In this document: positions 29,375 to 44,352 of the stretch, one piece after another
Numbering within the stretch: position 1 is the first letter of the stretch
Layout: every line of letters starts with the position of its first letter
Origin: the human T2T-CHM13v2.0 reference genome, Homo sapiens
Length of the DNA: 64,000 nt
NCBI RefSeq assembly: GCF_009914755.1
Contig: NC_060946.1
Strand: one strand, 5' to 3'
The notes under the pieces: model-generated
Database searches by the model: none
What the model saw: the letters and a program-made list of their open reading frames with translations, nothing else
What the model was told of the DNA's origin: nothing
Translations under genes and position numbers: made by a program

Positions 29375-30195
29375 TAACTCTCTAGAAAAAACGTGTGTGT
29401 GTACACATATATAAGTTTATTATAAATTTTACCAATAAAAACAATGCTTAGTACACAATTTACAAATAAAAATATATAATTTTATTGTGAATTCCGTACA
29501 GCAAATGGATTTTTCTCAGAATGCTTTCAGTGATTTTTTCCATACTCTTGTATCCACAACTGATTAACAAAGGGGGTTGTTCTAACATGTGTGCTGGTTG
29601 ACATTTTTGTTTATGGTAATGAGTAAGATGAGAAGACATTTGTCGAAACTTTACTGGTCCATGTTGTCAGCTACTTCTTTGCTAGATCGGATAGTAGTTT
29701 TCTATTGAGAATATTTGAGAATATTCTATTAAGAATATTTTTGCAATTTTTTGTTCTATTTACAATGTAATGGTTATAGATGTGAGATACTTCTAAGTTT
29801 AATCTGCATTATTAGCATTTTCTTATCACTTGCTTAAGTCTAGACAATCAACAAAACAATAAATCAAGCCCTGATGTGTAATGTTTACCAATTCTGCAGT
29901 GTAAATACTCCCGCTGTGGCCAATGCTGCATTACCAGCACAAAGTCCCTGGACAGAGAGTTGGGAAGAGATGTCACACTATTCACTAGGATTTCCACCAT
30001 GCGGATACAGTAGATGTGATTGGCCCCAAGAGCACGCATAATACAACACAGTGAAATATTTAGGAAGTAATAAATTTGAGTATCTATTGCCTTGTCTTTA
30101 ACATAGTTAATTTAAAGTATATAAATTTAATTGTTAATGGCTGTGCTTAACAACTACATCACAGAATTACTAAAAATTTGACAATCAGCTGTCTG
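29375..30195 (-). mobile_element. MER63-like (hAT-Blackjack) DNA transposon relic
   Basis: Abrupt AT-rich block; diagnostic ttaagtctagacaatcaacaaaacaataaatcaagccctga and gtgtaaatactccc motifs. Confidence 0.7.
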
Positions 30196-30317
30196 TAGTT
30201 ATCACACCATTATCTAAAGTAGAAAAGAAGGGGCCAGGCGCAGTGGCTCACGCCTGTAATCCCAGCACTTTGGGGAGGCCGAAGTGGGCAGATCACGAGG
30301 TCAGGAGAACGAGACTA

Positions 30318-30557
<240 letters not shown>

Positions 30558-30766
30558 CTAGGCAGGAGGAGCCTTCTAAAAATTTCCAAGGGGAGGTCAC
30601 GTCATGAGGGGGCTCTCAGGAAGGCATTGGCTGGGGCATGAGAAGGAAGGCTGGTTGGTGCGTATTGTGGACGCCTCCAGTGCTGAGCTAATAGTTAGAA
30701 GCTCTGGCCTGGTACGGTGGCTAATGCCTGTATCTCAGCACTTTGGGAGGTGAGGTGGGTGGATCA

Positions 30767-31055
<289 letters not shown>

Positions 31056-33283
31056 TCAGACAGTGACATCAGGAAAGTGATGTTGGAGTGGAGGGGGCTT
31101 GGGAGAGGGCCAGGTGTAAGGCATTAGGAAATGGCTGAAGGAGGGTGAATGTCAAGGGTCTGGAGGGAGGAGAATTTGGGACTGGATGACCAGATCTACG
31201 GAAGGCAGAGGGGCCTTTGGGGGCCCTGAGGCTGGGGCTGCTGCTCCAGGGAAGCCCGGAGACCGTCCTGGGGCCAAGTAGTGGATGGAGTTTCCACTGA
31301 TAGAGGAGCAGGCAGGGGAATTGGGGTGGGACGCAGAGGGTGAGGCTGGGGGCTTACCTTGTCCTGGGGAGGGGCAGGGGAGGAGCCAGTGTTGTGCCCT
31401 GTAGCCTCCCACCCTGAGGCAGAGAAGGGAGCTGGGGGCCCAACACCCCAGCTGAGGCAGGTGGGAGGGCCTCCGAGGCCCCCAGCCAGGGGGCTTCTGC
31501 CTGCGTGCTCTGCTCTAAGAAGCTGCAGGGGCTGCTTTCTGGGTGGGTGGGGCTGGGACCCATTCGTACCCACCTATAATCAGAGTGGCTTCATCTTCCT
31601 CCATTTTATTTTATTTTAATTTTTTTAGAGATGAGGTCTTTTACTGTCACCCAGGCTACAGTGCAGTGGCACAGAGGCTCACTGCAGCCTCGAACTCTAG
31701 GGCTCAAGCAGTCTTCCCACCTCAGCCTCCTGAGTAGGAACCACAGGCTACACCACCATGCCTGGCTAATTAAAAAAATTTTTTTGTAGAGACAAGGTCT
31801 CACTATGTTCCCTGGGCTGGTCTTGAACTCCTGGGCTCAAGTGCTTCTCCCATGTTGGCCTCCCAAAGTGCTGGGGGTACAAGTGTGACCACTGCACTGG
31901 CCCACCTTTGTCCGTTTTACTCATAGAGCCAGCTTTAGATTTCCTTTAGATAAAGGCTCTGCCACTACAATGACGTTTAAAAGGCACTGCTTTGGCTTCT
32001 CAGCTTACTGGTGGCAAAACTGAGGCCCACAGAAGGGTGTGACCTTTGAGCTATAGGCAGACCTGTGTCTGGAGTTCAGGCGGTCTGGTCCCCAGGTGCC
32101 CCATTGGGTGCACCAAAGTCTGTCAGTGTTTGGTCCCGTTAGGGTGGGATGGGCACGGGGAGCAGGTGGGAGGGGAGAAGGGAATAATTGGGGAACAGAG
32201 CTGAAGACCAGGCAGGTGGAGGAGTGACCCCAGATGCGGAGGGCAGCAGAGAAGAAGAGCTGAGTCATCTGTGTCGCCCTCAGGCACGGGAGGAGGCGGA
32301 TGGAAATTCGGTGGACCTGGAGGAGTGACAGCTGGGAGGGATTCCCCAGCTGGTATCTCGGGCTGAGTGGGTGCCCTTCCTTCAGGGGTTGGGGGCTTGC
32401 TGCTGCAGGACAGCTGTCGGGTGGTCTGGGGCTTCACCCACTGGACATCTGGTAAAGAGAACCTTTCCCCACTATTGCAGTGGGGACAGAGGCATTTCTT
32501 TATCTACTTTGATGTCCATGTCAAAGGTGGCAGCCAGGATCAGGACACCTTGGGCCACTCAGGAAGGTAGGTGAGAGAGGCCCTAGGAGCCCCTGTTCGT
32601 CAGCTGAGTCCCACCTCCTGATGTCAGCCCCTGCACCCCTGAGCTGCTGGGTCTGCCTGCCTGGTCTGGCCCTCTTCAGAAGAGCAGTGCCCACCCCCAC
32701 ATTGCTGGGCTCCCCACTGGTGGATGCTGGCGTACCGTCTCCCTCTGTGCACAGGGTTCCCGTGCCCAGGGAGCCTCGGGGGCTGGTCCTGTGAGGCCTG
32801 CTTTACGGATGCCAAGACTGAAGCTCAGAGGGGGCGAGGGGTTTGTTCAGGTTCACTCCAAGGCGCAGCCAGGGTGAAGACCGCCTCTGAGGTCCAAAGT
32901 CATGTTCTGTTGTCCTAAGCCAGGAGACACATAGAGGGCAGGAACAGAAGCCAGGGGACAGACACCCCTGTCGCCACATGAAGCTCTTGGCCCTCGCTCC
33001 TCCATCAAATCGTCCCCAGGTGTGGCTGCTGGAGAGGCGGGGAGGTGGCCTTTGCGTGGGGGAGACAGTCCCTCATCTGGTCCTCTGTGCCTTAGTTTCT
33101 TCCCTGGCTCTTCTTCCCCTTCCCTTTTTAATGACCTTAAACATTTTTTTAATTATATAAAAGAAATGTTTACATTTTCAAAAATAATTTAAACAAATTG
33201 AAAGGCTGGAAATCAACACCCTCACACTCCTTCTGCTGCCAGCTGCCACCCCAGGGTCCTGTCGGTGGCTGCTGCCGCCTGCC

Positions 33284-33809
33284 TATCAGTTTCTGGTGGC
33301 AGCTGTAACCTGTAACCACAGCTACCTAAATAATGCACATGTATTACCTCACGCTTCTGTAGGCGAGAAGTCTAACGCGAGTCTTGCCGCGCTGCAGCCA
33401 AGGCGTGGGCAGGACTGTGTTCCTCTGCAGGCACCCGTTGTATCCCTTGCCTGCTCCAGCTTCTGGTGGCCGTCCGCGTCCCTTGGCTCTCGGCCCCTTC
33501 CTTCATCTTCAAAGCCTGCAGAGGGGAAGTCGAGTCCTTCTCCTGCCACGTCACTCTGACCATCCCTTCCTGGTCACACCTCCCTTGAACTCTTCGCTTC
33601 TGCCCCCTTCGTCCACTTTTAAGGACCCTTGTGATTACACTGGGCTTGAGGGATAATCTGGGATAATCTCCCGATTTTAAGGTCAGCTGATTAGCAACCT
33701 TGATTCCCTCTGCAGCCTGAATTCCTCTTTGCCATGTAACATGATGTAGTCACAGATCCTGGGAGTAAGATGTGGACAACTTTGAGGGGCTATCATTCTG
33801 CCCCCTACA
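33284..33809 (-). mobile_element. MaLR solo LTR (MLT1D-like) inserted in an old antisense L1 fragment
   Basis: Typical MLT1 motifs ttttaaggacccttgtgattacactgggc, ggataatctccc, aaggtcagctgattagcaacc, terminal cattctgccccctaca. Confidence 0.75.
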
Positions 33810-35208
33810 ATATCCTCCCTACCTTTTCTGTGTTTTCTGTGTTTTCCATTCACTGGGACGGACAGGTCTGCACGTTTGTTCCCGTGAGTGAGATCATACC
33901 ACGTGTATGTCAGAAGCCAACTTTCACCACCTCATTTTGGGATCTTTTTCCACAGCATCCACACAAAAACTCTGTCTAGCAGCTGCCTGTGTCCCATTGT
34001 CAAGCTCGATCCCATCATTTATTCAAGAGTTCCCCTGATAGGGATTTAGATTGTTTCCAGTTTTCATCTGTTACCAACCTGGCTGTAGGGAATACCCTTG
34101 TTCCAAAAGTCTCTGTACACATACGACTTTCTGTGGGATCATTTCTGGGAGTGAACCTACTAGGTCAACCAGTGGGGTCGCAAAATGTGATGATGCCACC
34201 GGACCACCCCCAACACACACCGTTGTGGCGGACACTCCCAGCAGTGGGTATTATTAGTCTGAGATACTTGCCCATCTTGTCTACTAAGCATTATTTTGTA
34301 TTACATCATCAGTTTCAGCTCATTTCCTGAGCACCTGCCACATGTCAGGCCCTGGCCTAGACCCTGGGGACTGCGCCAGTCAGATGTTCTCAGTCTTCAG
34401 GGAATTTATGGTTTGGCAGAGGTAGAACCTTTTGAGGCAGGGGAGAGGCTGCCCAGAGACAGAGCTAGGAGAGACATTTAAACTGGGCTGCAGGTCAGTA
34501 AATTACCCAGGGAGGTAAAGTTGCCAAAAAAACATTCCAGGCCGGGCACAGTGGCTCATGCCTGTAATCCCAGCATTTTGGGAGGCCAAGGCCGGCAGAT
34601 CACAAGGTCAGAAGTTCAAGACCATCCTGGCTAACACAGTGAAACCCCATCTCTACTAAAAATACAAAAATTAGCTGGGCGTGGTGGTGGGCACCTGTAG
34701 TCCCAGCTACTCACGAGGCTGAGGCAGAAGAATCACTTGAACCCAGAGGTGGAGGTTGCAGTGAGCTGAGATTGCTCCACTGCACTCCAGCCTGGGTGAC
34801 AGAACAAAACTCTGTCTCAAAAACAAAAACAAAAACAAAAAAACCACAAAATTCCAGGCAGTGGGAATAGCTAAAGCTCAGAGGTGTGAACGTGCTGCAA
34901 CCGTAACTGTGAGATTGCTTGGCAGAGAAAGGCCAGGGATGAGAACGTAAAGGTCAGCCATGGGAACGGGGACTTGACTCTGTAGGACGAGGAATCCCTG
35001 GAGGGCTTGAGGCAGGAGCGACAAGGTGAGGTTTGTGAATGAGGAGCCGTGGGGTGGGGGTGGGAGCAGGAGCAGGTGCAGACTGGAGGTGCTGGGACCC
35101 AGGAGGAGGTGGTGTACCTGCCCCTGAGCCTTCTCCTCTGGAGGCTGGGGAAGGGCCGCTGTCCAGAGGAACGGGGCAGCCTGTGACACCCTGGCGTCCG
35201 GCCCACAG

Positions 35209-35356
35209 GAGGCATGTGAGCGCAGCCTGGCAGAGATGGAGTCCTCGCACCAGCAGGTGATGGAGGAGCTGCAGCGGCACCACGAGCGGGAGCTGCAGCG
35301 CCTGCAGCAGGAGAAGGAGTGGCTCCTGGCTGAGGAGACGGCAGCCACGGCCTCAG
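35209..35356 (+). CDS. TRIOBP: TRIOBP exon 18, coiled coil
   Basis: ggcccacag|GAGGCA...CCTCAG|gtatgg; [49 protein letters not shown]. Confidence 0.95.
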
Positions 35357-36588
35357 GTATGGACCCTGGGGGGGGCACAGTGGGCTGGGCTCTGAGCCTC
35401 TGTGCTGAGGTTCCTCCTAGCCAAACTGGGGAGGATTTTATCAAATAAGATGTAGGGGTCTCAGTGCCACATTTGGGGTAAAGGGTCAGCAGGTGTTAGA
35501 AGCTCCAAGAACTGGCCTGTAGCCCTACTTAAAAAGGGAAACTGAGGCAGTAAAAGATACCCTCCCCACCCCCAACACCACCACTACCATAGGTGGTGAC
35601 TCTTCCTGCTCAGGGGCCTGCAGCCACCATAGAGTCTGCCTAAAGGCACATGCTACCCACGTGCGTGGGGGAGAGGCTGATCAGCTGCATCCCCTGTCCT
35701 CATAGGAGTGCCTCCTCCCTGGGCACATGGGCCAGACCCTGGGGAGAGCAGGGGAAGGTGTGAGCATTGTCCATGCCAGCTGTGTGCCAGGCACTGGGCC
35801 CCACATGTTTCCCACAGGAGCACCCTTCATCCTGGACAATTCCCTCCCCTCCTGCCACCGCACACCTGCTGTGTGCCTGGCACATTCCTAGGCATCACTA
35901 GGGGTTTGCAGAACAATAGAAATGCTGGCCAATGTCACATGATCTGAAGCTCACAACCTGCCAGTGCTGTGCCAAGTGCTCATGCACTCGAACCCAGCCT
36001 TGGGGCCAGTGTGCTCTGCATTTCAGGAAGATCGCCTTTGCAGCCGCGTGTGTTAGAGACCCCTTCCCCCTCAGCAGAGTCTGGACTTCGCCCTGTAATC
36101 TGGCACTAAGGTTTCTGCTGTGAAATGGATAAAAATCACACTTAAGTGGAATAATAAAGACCATAAATAGCCTCATGTCCGTTCAGGGTGGGGATTGCCA
36201 CCAAAAGATTTACCAGAGGCCCGGTGCAGTGGCTCATGCCTGTAATCCCAGCACTTTGGGAGGCTGAGGCGGGCAGATCACCTGAGGTCAGGAGTTCGAG
36301 ACTAGCCTGGCCAACATGGTGAAACCCCATCTCTACTAAAAATACAAAAATTAGCTGGGCGTGATGGTGGGCAGCTGCAATCCCAGCTACTCAGGAGGCT
36401 AAGGCAGGAGAATCTCTTGAACCCAGGAGACAGAGGCTGCAGTGAGCTGAGATTGCACCACTGCACTCCAGCCTGGATGACAGAGTAAGACTCCATCAAA
36501 AAAAAAAAAGGCCAGGCACTGTGGCTCATGCCTGTAATCCCAGCCCTTTGGGAGGCCGAGGCAGGTGCATCACGAGGTCAGGAGTTCA

Positions 36589-36879
<291 letters not shown>

Positions 36880-37613
36880 TCAATGTTCAGAAGTTTCGGA
36901 TTTTAGAATTGTGGGTAAAACCATGGGTGGCCCTGAGTGGGAAAAAAAAAGCCTCGGTCTCAGTCCTTAGGAGCTCACAATCTGAGAATAAAGCCAGCAG
37001 GAGCTAATGTTGGGGCATTTACTCTGAGCCATGCTTTGTTCTAAATTCTTCACACACCTTCCAATAACCCCATGGAGGAAAGGTACTGTTGTTATCGATC
37101 CCTGTTTTCCAGATAAGGGATCTGAGGCACAAGGGGTTAAGTCACCTGTGCAAAGTCACATCGGTTTATGCTGACTGTGGAGCCTGAGCTCTTGACCACG
37201 AGGCTGGTCAAAGCAGATAGGCCTTGTTTGAGAGCCCTCAGAGTCTGCAGGGGGGGTGTACTAGGTGGGGTCCTACCTGGAAATCACTAGAACAGGAGGT
37301 ACCAATGGTCAGACCCTGAGCTGTCTCCCCAGTAGGGTCCATCCAACAGGATTATCTTCCCTTAATAGATGGGCTGAGAGAGGTTGAGAGCTTACCCCAA
37401 GCCACTCAGTTTATGACACAACCTGGGCTACTCTAGACTCCTGGTTCGGTGCTCTTTGCATAGCACTCCTTGGTCCAAGTCCATAGTACTTGCATAGTAC
37501 TATGTGGAGTCCACATAGTACTCCACCAGTACATGTGGCGTCTCAGAGCTGGTGGCACTTGGTGCTGCTGACCCCCCTCCAGTCTCTCTTGTGCCTCTCT
37601 GCCCTGCTTCCAG

Positions 37614-37716
37614 CCATTGAAGCCATGAAGAAGGCCTATCAGGAAGAGCTGAGCCGAGAGCTGAGCAAAACACGGAGTCTCCAGCAGGGCCCGGATGGCC
37701 TCCGGAAGCAGCACCA
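37614..37716 (+). CDS. TRIOBP: TRIOBP exon 19, coiled coil
   Basis: ctgcttccag|CCATTG...CACCA|gtaaga; (A)[33 protein letters not shown](Q). Confidence 0.95.
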
Positions 37717-38147
37717 GTAAGATGATGCCGGGGCCCAACTGCCCACCCTGATGGTTATGGGTTGAGGAACTTTGCTGAGGCCCCTTGGCAGCGGACACAT
37801 CAGTTTGCCCCTAGCTGAGATTCCTGCTCCAGTCTCATGGATGCAAGAAACAGAAGCAGAAGGTCCTCAGGCAGACCCCATGCCAGTCCTCACAGACAGT
37901 CCTTCAGGCAGCTTCTTGTCTTGGCTGGTCCCAGCCTCCACCCACCTCTTCACCCCTTTAGTCTCCCCTGGAGCTGGGCTGCAGTGTCACTGTTGACCAC
38001 TAGGCCTCTCCCTGCCCCAGAGCACAGTTTTGGAATGTTGAGGTTTCAGGGGCTTTAACTTTAAAGATGGGCCCCTCCAGCCGGGCACATTGGCTCATGC
38101 CTGTAATCCCAGCACTTTGGGAGGCTGGGATCAGGAGTTCGAGACTA

Positions 38148-38427
<280 letters not shown>

Positions 38428-38567
38428 TCACAGCCCCACAGCAGGCTAAAGGCAAACCTAGAGAGGGAACCCCAGAGTCCTGGGATGCTTTAAGTCTACC
38501 TGACTGGACTCCAGGCTTGGCAGGAGCAAGACAACCTATGCTCTCCTCTGCTCCTCCTCTGGGGCAG

Positions 38568-38727
38568 GTCAGATGTGGAGGCACTGAAGCGAGAGCTGCA
38601 GGTGCTATCGGAGCAGTACTCGCAGAAGTGCCTGGAGATTGGGGCACTCATGCGGCAGGCTGAGGAGCGCGAGCACACGCTGCGCCGCTGCCAGCAGGAG
38701 GGCCAGGAGCTGCTGCGCCACAACCAG
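38568..38727 (+). CDS. TRIOBP: TRIOBP exon 20, coiled coil
   Basis: ggggcag|GTCAGAT...AACCAG|gtgggc; [53 protein letters not shown]. Confidence 0.95.
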
Positions 38728-38800
38728 GTGGGCCTGGCCCCAGGTTGGGGGGACACGGTGGGTCCCGGCACCCCTCCCCTGACCACCGTGCCTCTCCCAG

Positions 38801-38914
38801 GAGCTGCATGGCCGCCTGTCAGAGGAGATAGACCAGCTGCGCGGCTTCATTGCCTCGCAGGGCATGGGCAATGGCTGCGGGCGCAGCAACGAGCGGAGTT
38901 CCTGCGAGCTAGAG
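38801..38914 (+). CDS. TRIOBP: TRIOBP exon 21
   Basis: cctctcccag|GAGCTG...CTAGAG|gtgagt; [38 protein letters not shown]; preceded by a 73-nt intron. Confidence 0.95.
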
Positions 38915-39287
38915 GTGAGTGTCCTCACTAGCACCAGGCAGCCCAGTGGTTCTCGGGGCCCGGGGCTATGGGGCACCCCCGCCATAGGCTGGGTATCACC
39001 TGTGGCAGGAAAGCCAAGTCTCCCAGTGGCTGGGCCAGCCTGACTAGGCTAGAACACCTACTGTGCATCCAGTAGCCAGCATTCTGCCCTCCCACCTGCA
39101 TTGTGTCACCTACCTGCCATGTACCATAGCAAATCACTCCACTTTTCTGAGTCCCAGTAGCTCATCTGTAAAATGGCACCAGCACCTTCCTTACTGGGAA
39201 ATATTGGGGTAAGAAAATATGTGTGTATGTGTGTGATGCCAGTATCACTGTAGTATTTTCTTTCTTTTTCTTTCTTTCTTTTTTTGA

Positions 39288-39545
<258 letters not shown>

Positions 39546-39811
39546 TGAGCCACCACACCCGGCCTTAGTATTTATTTCTTTACTTTTTTTTTTTTTTTGA
39601 GACAGAGTTTTGCTGTTGTTGCCCAGGCTACAGTGCAGTGGCGCGATCTCGGCTCACCACAACCTCCGCCTCCCAGGTTAAAACGATTCTCCTGGCCGGG
39701 CGCGGTGGCTCACGCCTGTAATCCCAGCACTTTGGGAGGCCGAGGCGGGCAGATCACGAGGTAGGAGATCAAGACCATCCTGGCTAACACAGTGAAACCC
39801 CATCTCTACTA

Positions 39812-40003
<192 letters not shown>

Positions 40004-40154
40004 TTAAAAAAAAAAAGCGATTATCCTGCCTCAGCCTCCCAAGTAGCTAGGATTACAGGCATGTGCCACCTCGCCTGGATAATTTTGTATTTTTAGTAGA
40101 GACAGGGTTTTTCCATGTTGGTCAGGCTCTTCTCGAACTCCCAACCTCAGGTGA

Positions 40155-40425
<271 letters not shown>

Positions 40426-41187
40426 TAGCCGGGATGGTCCCAATCTCCTGACCTCGTGATCCGCCCGCCTCTGCCTCCCAAAGTGCTGGGATTACAGGCG
40501 TGAGCCACCGCTCCTGGCCCCAATATTTTATTTCTTCAACAAACACTTAGGTGAGGCTCACTCTGTACCTAGAAATTCTGGAAGCCCTTTTTGTCTGTTA
40601 ACTCATCTAATCTTCCTGACAGCTCCATACATTAGCTACTATGACTGTCCCCATTTACAGATGAGGAAACTGAGGCACAGGAAGGTCAAGTACCTTACCA
40701 AAGCTTTTATAGCTGGACTGGGATTTGAACCAGGCAGTCTGGCTCCAGTCTGAGCTTTTAAGCCTCCCCAGTCCTGGCTGAACTTGTTTCCTCCTTGGTC
40801 AAGTCAGCAGCACCTAGCCCTCAGGGTTGGGGAGGGGTTAATGAGGTGCCTTGTGGAGTGGTTCAGCCTGCTCAGGTTTATGTAGGGCTTCTTTTCATCC
40901 ATCTCACTCCCGAGGTGAGAGCCTGGTGCTGCATGAGGGCTGCAGCAGACTTGACCGTGAGATATCCACTCACACGGGCTGGACAGGGGTGAGAGTAAGG
41001 GAAGGCAAAGCAGGGGAATCGGAGAGGGCTTCCTGGAGGAGTCCGCCTCCAGGATGTAGAGGGTTTTTGTGCAGATAGGGGCTGCATTCTAGGGGCCTGA
41101 GGCAGAGAGAACCCGGGCTGCAGGGCACTATGGGCCAGGGTAGCTCTGGCTTCTGGCCCTGGGTCAGTCCAGCACCTATATCCCCAG

Positions 41188-41274
41188 GTGCTGCTTCGCG
41201 TAAAAGAAAACGAACTCCAGTACCTAAAGAAGGAGGTGCAGTGCCTCCGGGACGAGCTCCAGATGATGCAGAAG
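41188..41274 (+). CDS. TRIOBP: TRIOBP exon 22
   Basis: tatccccag|GTGCTG...CAGAAG|gtaggt; [29 protein letters not shown]. Confidence 0.95.
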
Positions 41275-42138
41275 GTAGGTCCTTCCGCTGGGCTGGGGGC
41301 CGTCGGGGACTCTGGAGCCATCTGGATGCCATCCTGTGAGCACCTGCTCTGTGCCAAGCCCTCCACTCGCTTCATCCTTCCTCAGGCTCTCCTGTGCTTC
41401 TCCCATGTAGGTGTCATCATCCCCATTCACTGACAGGGAAACTGAGACTAAGAAAGGGGAAGTGACTTCCCCAAGGCTGTACTTGGCTTCTGTTTATTTA
41501 GCATTATTTAATTTATTGATTATTATTGAGCACCTACTATATCCTGGGCACTGTGCTAGGTGCTGGGAAGACAGATGTGAACAAAATAACCCCAAATCTC
41601 TGCTGTGGGGAGCTTGCACTCCAGTGAGAATAACCACGTTGCTAGGAGTTGGGTGGGTCAGGGTTCAGCCCAGGTCTGAGTCTGCAGCCCGCCTGGCCCA
41701 CCCTTGGCTGCTATGTCACTGCCTGGTGCGCTCTGTCAGTTTGGGGCAGGAAGTGGACATGTTGGTGGCTCTGTAAGTGCACGTGAGCCAGACCGTGTTT
41801 ACCGCACTTGAAGAACAGGTGGCGTGAACTCACAGGAAGGGCCCGAGCACCCAGCCAGGCTGACCTGGTTCTCATCCCAGCCACTCACTGCCCTGCGGTC
41901 TTGGTCAAAATCTTCTCCCCCGAAACAGGATGAGGATGACAATGACGCCTGTGTCCCTGGGTGGTACCAGGGAGGTGGGAGGGGTAAGCCCAGAACCCAC
42001 GGCCATCTTGGGGAGCCACCTGGAGGGATGAAGCGAGGCATCTGCGGGGAGGTCTGGCTGCTGGTGCTGCCCATGTGCCCGGTTGGCAGGGCTGGAGAGA
42101 GAGACTTCATGCCCTCATACCTGCCTCCTGCCCCCCAG

Positions 42139-42300
42139 GACAAGCGCTTCACCTCGGGAAAGTACCAGGACGTCTATGTGGAGCTGAGCCACATCAAGAC
42201 ACGGTCTGAGCGGGAGATCGAGCAGCTGAAGGAGCACCTGCGTCTTGCCATGGCCGCCCTCCAGGAGAAGGAGTCGATGCGCAACAGCCTGGCTGAGTAG
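42139..42300 (+). CDS. TRIOBP: TRIOBP exon 23, last coding exon (stop TAG 42298-42300; donor after 42302)
   Basis: gccccccag|GACAAG...GAGTAG AG|gtggat; [53 protein letters not shown]; summed exons from 15773 give 653 codons including stop. Confidence 0.95.
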   Translation, partial: DKRFTSGKYQDVYVELSHIKTRSEREIEQLKEHLRLAMAALQEKESMRNSLAE

Positions 42301-42698
42301 AGGTGGATGCCGAGGCGTGTGCCCTGCAGGGTGGGCAGGGGCTGAGGCTCTCCCACACCCGGGACTCCCTGGACCACCCCAGCCAGGCCACTTCCTTCTT
42401 CTGGCCTCCAATTCCCGTTCTGTAAAAAGGACAATGAAACCAGCAACACGGGGTTGTTGCAGAGATCCCATCAGACCCGGGCCACAGGCTGCTTCATCAG
42501 CTTAAGCCTGTTCCTCCAGAGCTGGGCGGCACAGTGCAGAGCCACAGCCTGCTCAGTGCACCCCCCTTCTTGGGGCTGGAGGCAAATGCAGCGTGCACAT
42601 CCCTGACCCCCACAGTGAATCTCCACTGAGCTTCACACACACACATCGCACGCTGAGGCCGGGCTTCTATCCCAGTTAGTCTTAACACTCCTTCTTGA

Positions 42699-42949
<251 letters not shown>

Positions 42950-43433
42950 TGATTTCCCAGGCTGGTCTCGAACTCCTGGGCTCAAGCAATACACCTGCCT
43001 CAGCCTCCCAAAATTCTGAGATTACAGGTGTGAGCCGCTGCACCTGGCCAAAGTGTTCTTATTTTTGCTTTTTCAACGCCACATCTACCTGGAGCATCCT
43101 CTTTCTGATAAGTCCTCATGGACTTCCTATGGCATGCAGGAGAGGCCACCCTATGGCTGAGCTGCTTGGGAAGGAGCCAGGAAGAGCGGATCTGGCTGTA
43201 CCTTAGGGGCTGAGAGGTGGTGGAAGGACCCACTCAGCACCCTTGCTTGGCCTTGGGGTGGCCTCGCAGCCCCTCAGCCCAGGCCTCAGCCCTGCCGCAC
43301 CTTGTCTTTCAGGTCCCGCCCAGCTGCAGACCCTCCAGGCTGGAGGACCAGCCGCCCTCCTTCCCTCCTGGATGGAAGTAAAAAGCCAAGCTTTCTCCCC
43401 ACCCTCTGTGGGCCACACGTGCACTTGCACCCA

Positions 43434-43434
<1 letters not shown>

Positions 43435-43469
<35 letters not shown>

Positions 43470-43537
43470 ACAGACACATACGCACACACGTGCACACATG
43501 TACACACGGATACACACACACACACACACACACACAC
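43435..43537 (+). repeat. (CA)n-rich compound microsatellite in the 3' UTR
   Basis: Two CA runs separated by CA-rich degenerate units. Confidence 0.92.
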
Positions 43538-44022
43538 TGCATATCTGAGCGCGCCCCTCGCACTGGGTCTCACCTTGCACCTTCTTCAGGATTTTATATG
43601 TGAAGAGATTTTTATATAGATTTTTTTCCTTTTTTTCCAAAACACTTTATACTTTAAAAAAAAAAAAAAAAAGCAATTCCTGGTGGCTGTGTGCCTCCAA
43701 CCCTGGTCCCCCTCTGTCTCCAGCCACCCTCTGCTTGGGCTTCTGAGCTGGTGGCCCTGGCCCAGAGGTCTGGCGGAGGCCCAGGCAGCAGCCATGGCGG
43801 GGTGTCTCTACAGGGGAGAGGCGGGAGCCTGCCACCCTCTTCCTGCCCTACCTCCTACTAACACTTCCTGCCCCATTTGGACCCGTACCATGGGGCTCAG
43901 GACAGAGGGAGCTAGCAGCTGGCCTCCATGGCCCCACAGCCTCCTTCGAGGCTGTGCTGGGTGCAGAACCGCCAGAGCCACCCAAAAGGTGTTTCTCTTC
44001 TGCTCCCTGAACCTCTTAACTT

Positions 44023-44028
44023 AATAAA
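44023..44028 (+). terminator. Proximal polyadenylation signal AATAAA
   Basis: cttaacttAATAAAacgttcc followed by GT-containing downstream sequence. Confidence 0.75.
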
Positions 44029-44194
44029 ACGTTCCAGCAGCTCTGGTGTCCTAGATGGCTGGCAGAACAGGAATGGAGATTGGGGTTTCTTGAAGTGGCT
44101 TCCCCACTCACACCCTACCCACACCCCACCCTTCCTAAAGCAGCGGCCTCTAGGCTTCTGAGGGTGGGGCTGAAAATCCAAGGTCTCCCTTAGT

Positions 44195-44352
44195 ACAGAC
44201 TGTGACGCCCCCAGTGTGGCTTGCAGGCTAGTGGCAGCGGAAGCATGTGGGAAATAGCAAGTCCAGTCCCACCCCAACCTACTGAACCAGCGTCTGCATT
44301 TTAACAGGGTGCCCCAGTGATTCACGTGACCTTCAAAGTCTGAGGAGCCCTG
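44195..44352. mobile_element. MER5B-like relic in the extended 3' UTR
   Basis: cccaacctactgaaccagcgtctgcattttaacagggtgccccagtgattc...aaagtctgagg. Confidence 0.6.

Noticed and set aside
41824-42138. ORF extending upstream of exon 23
   Set aside because: GTG-started intronic read-through with no family resemblance; acceptor at 42138 is canonical
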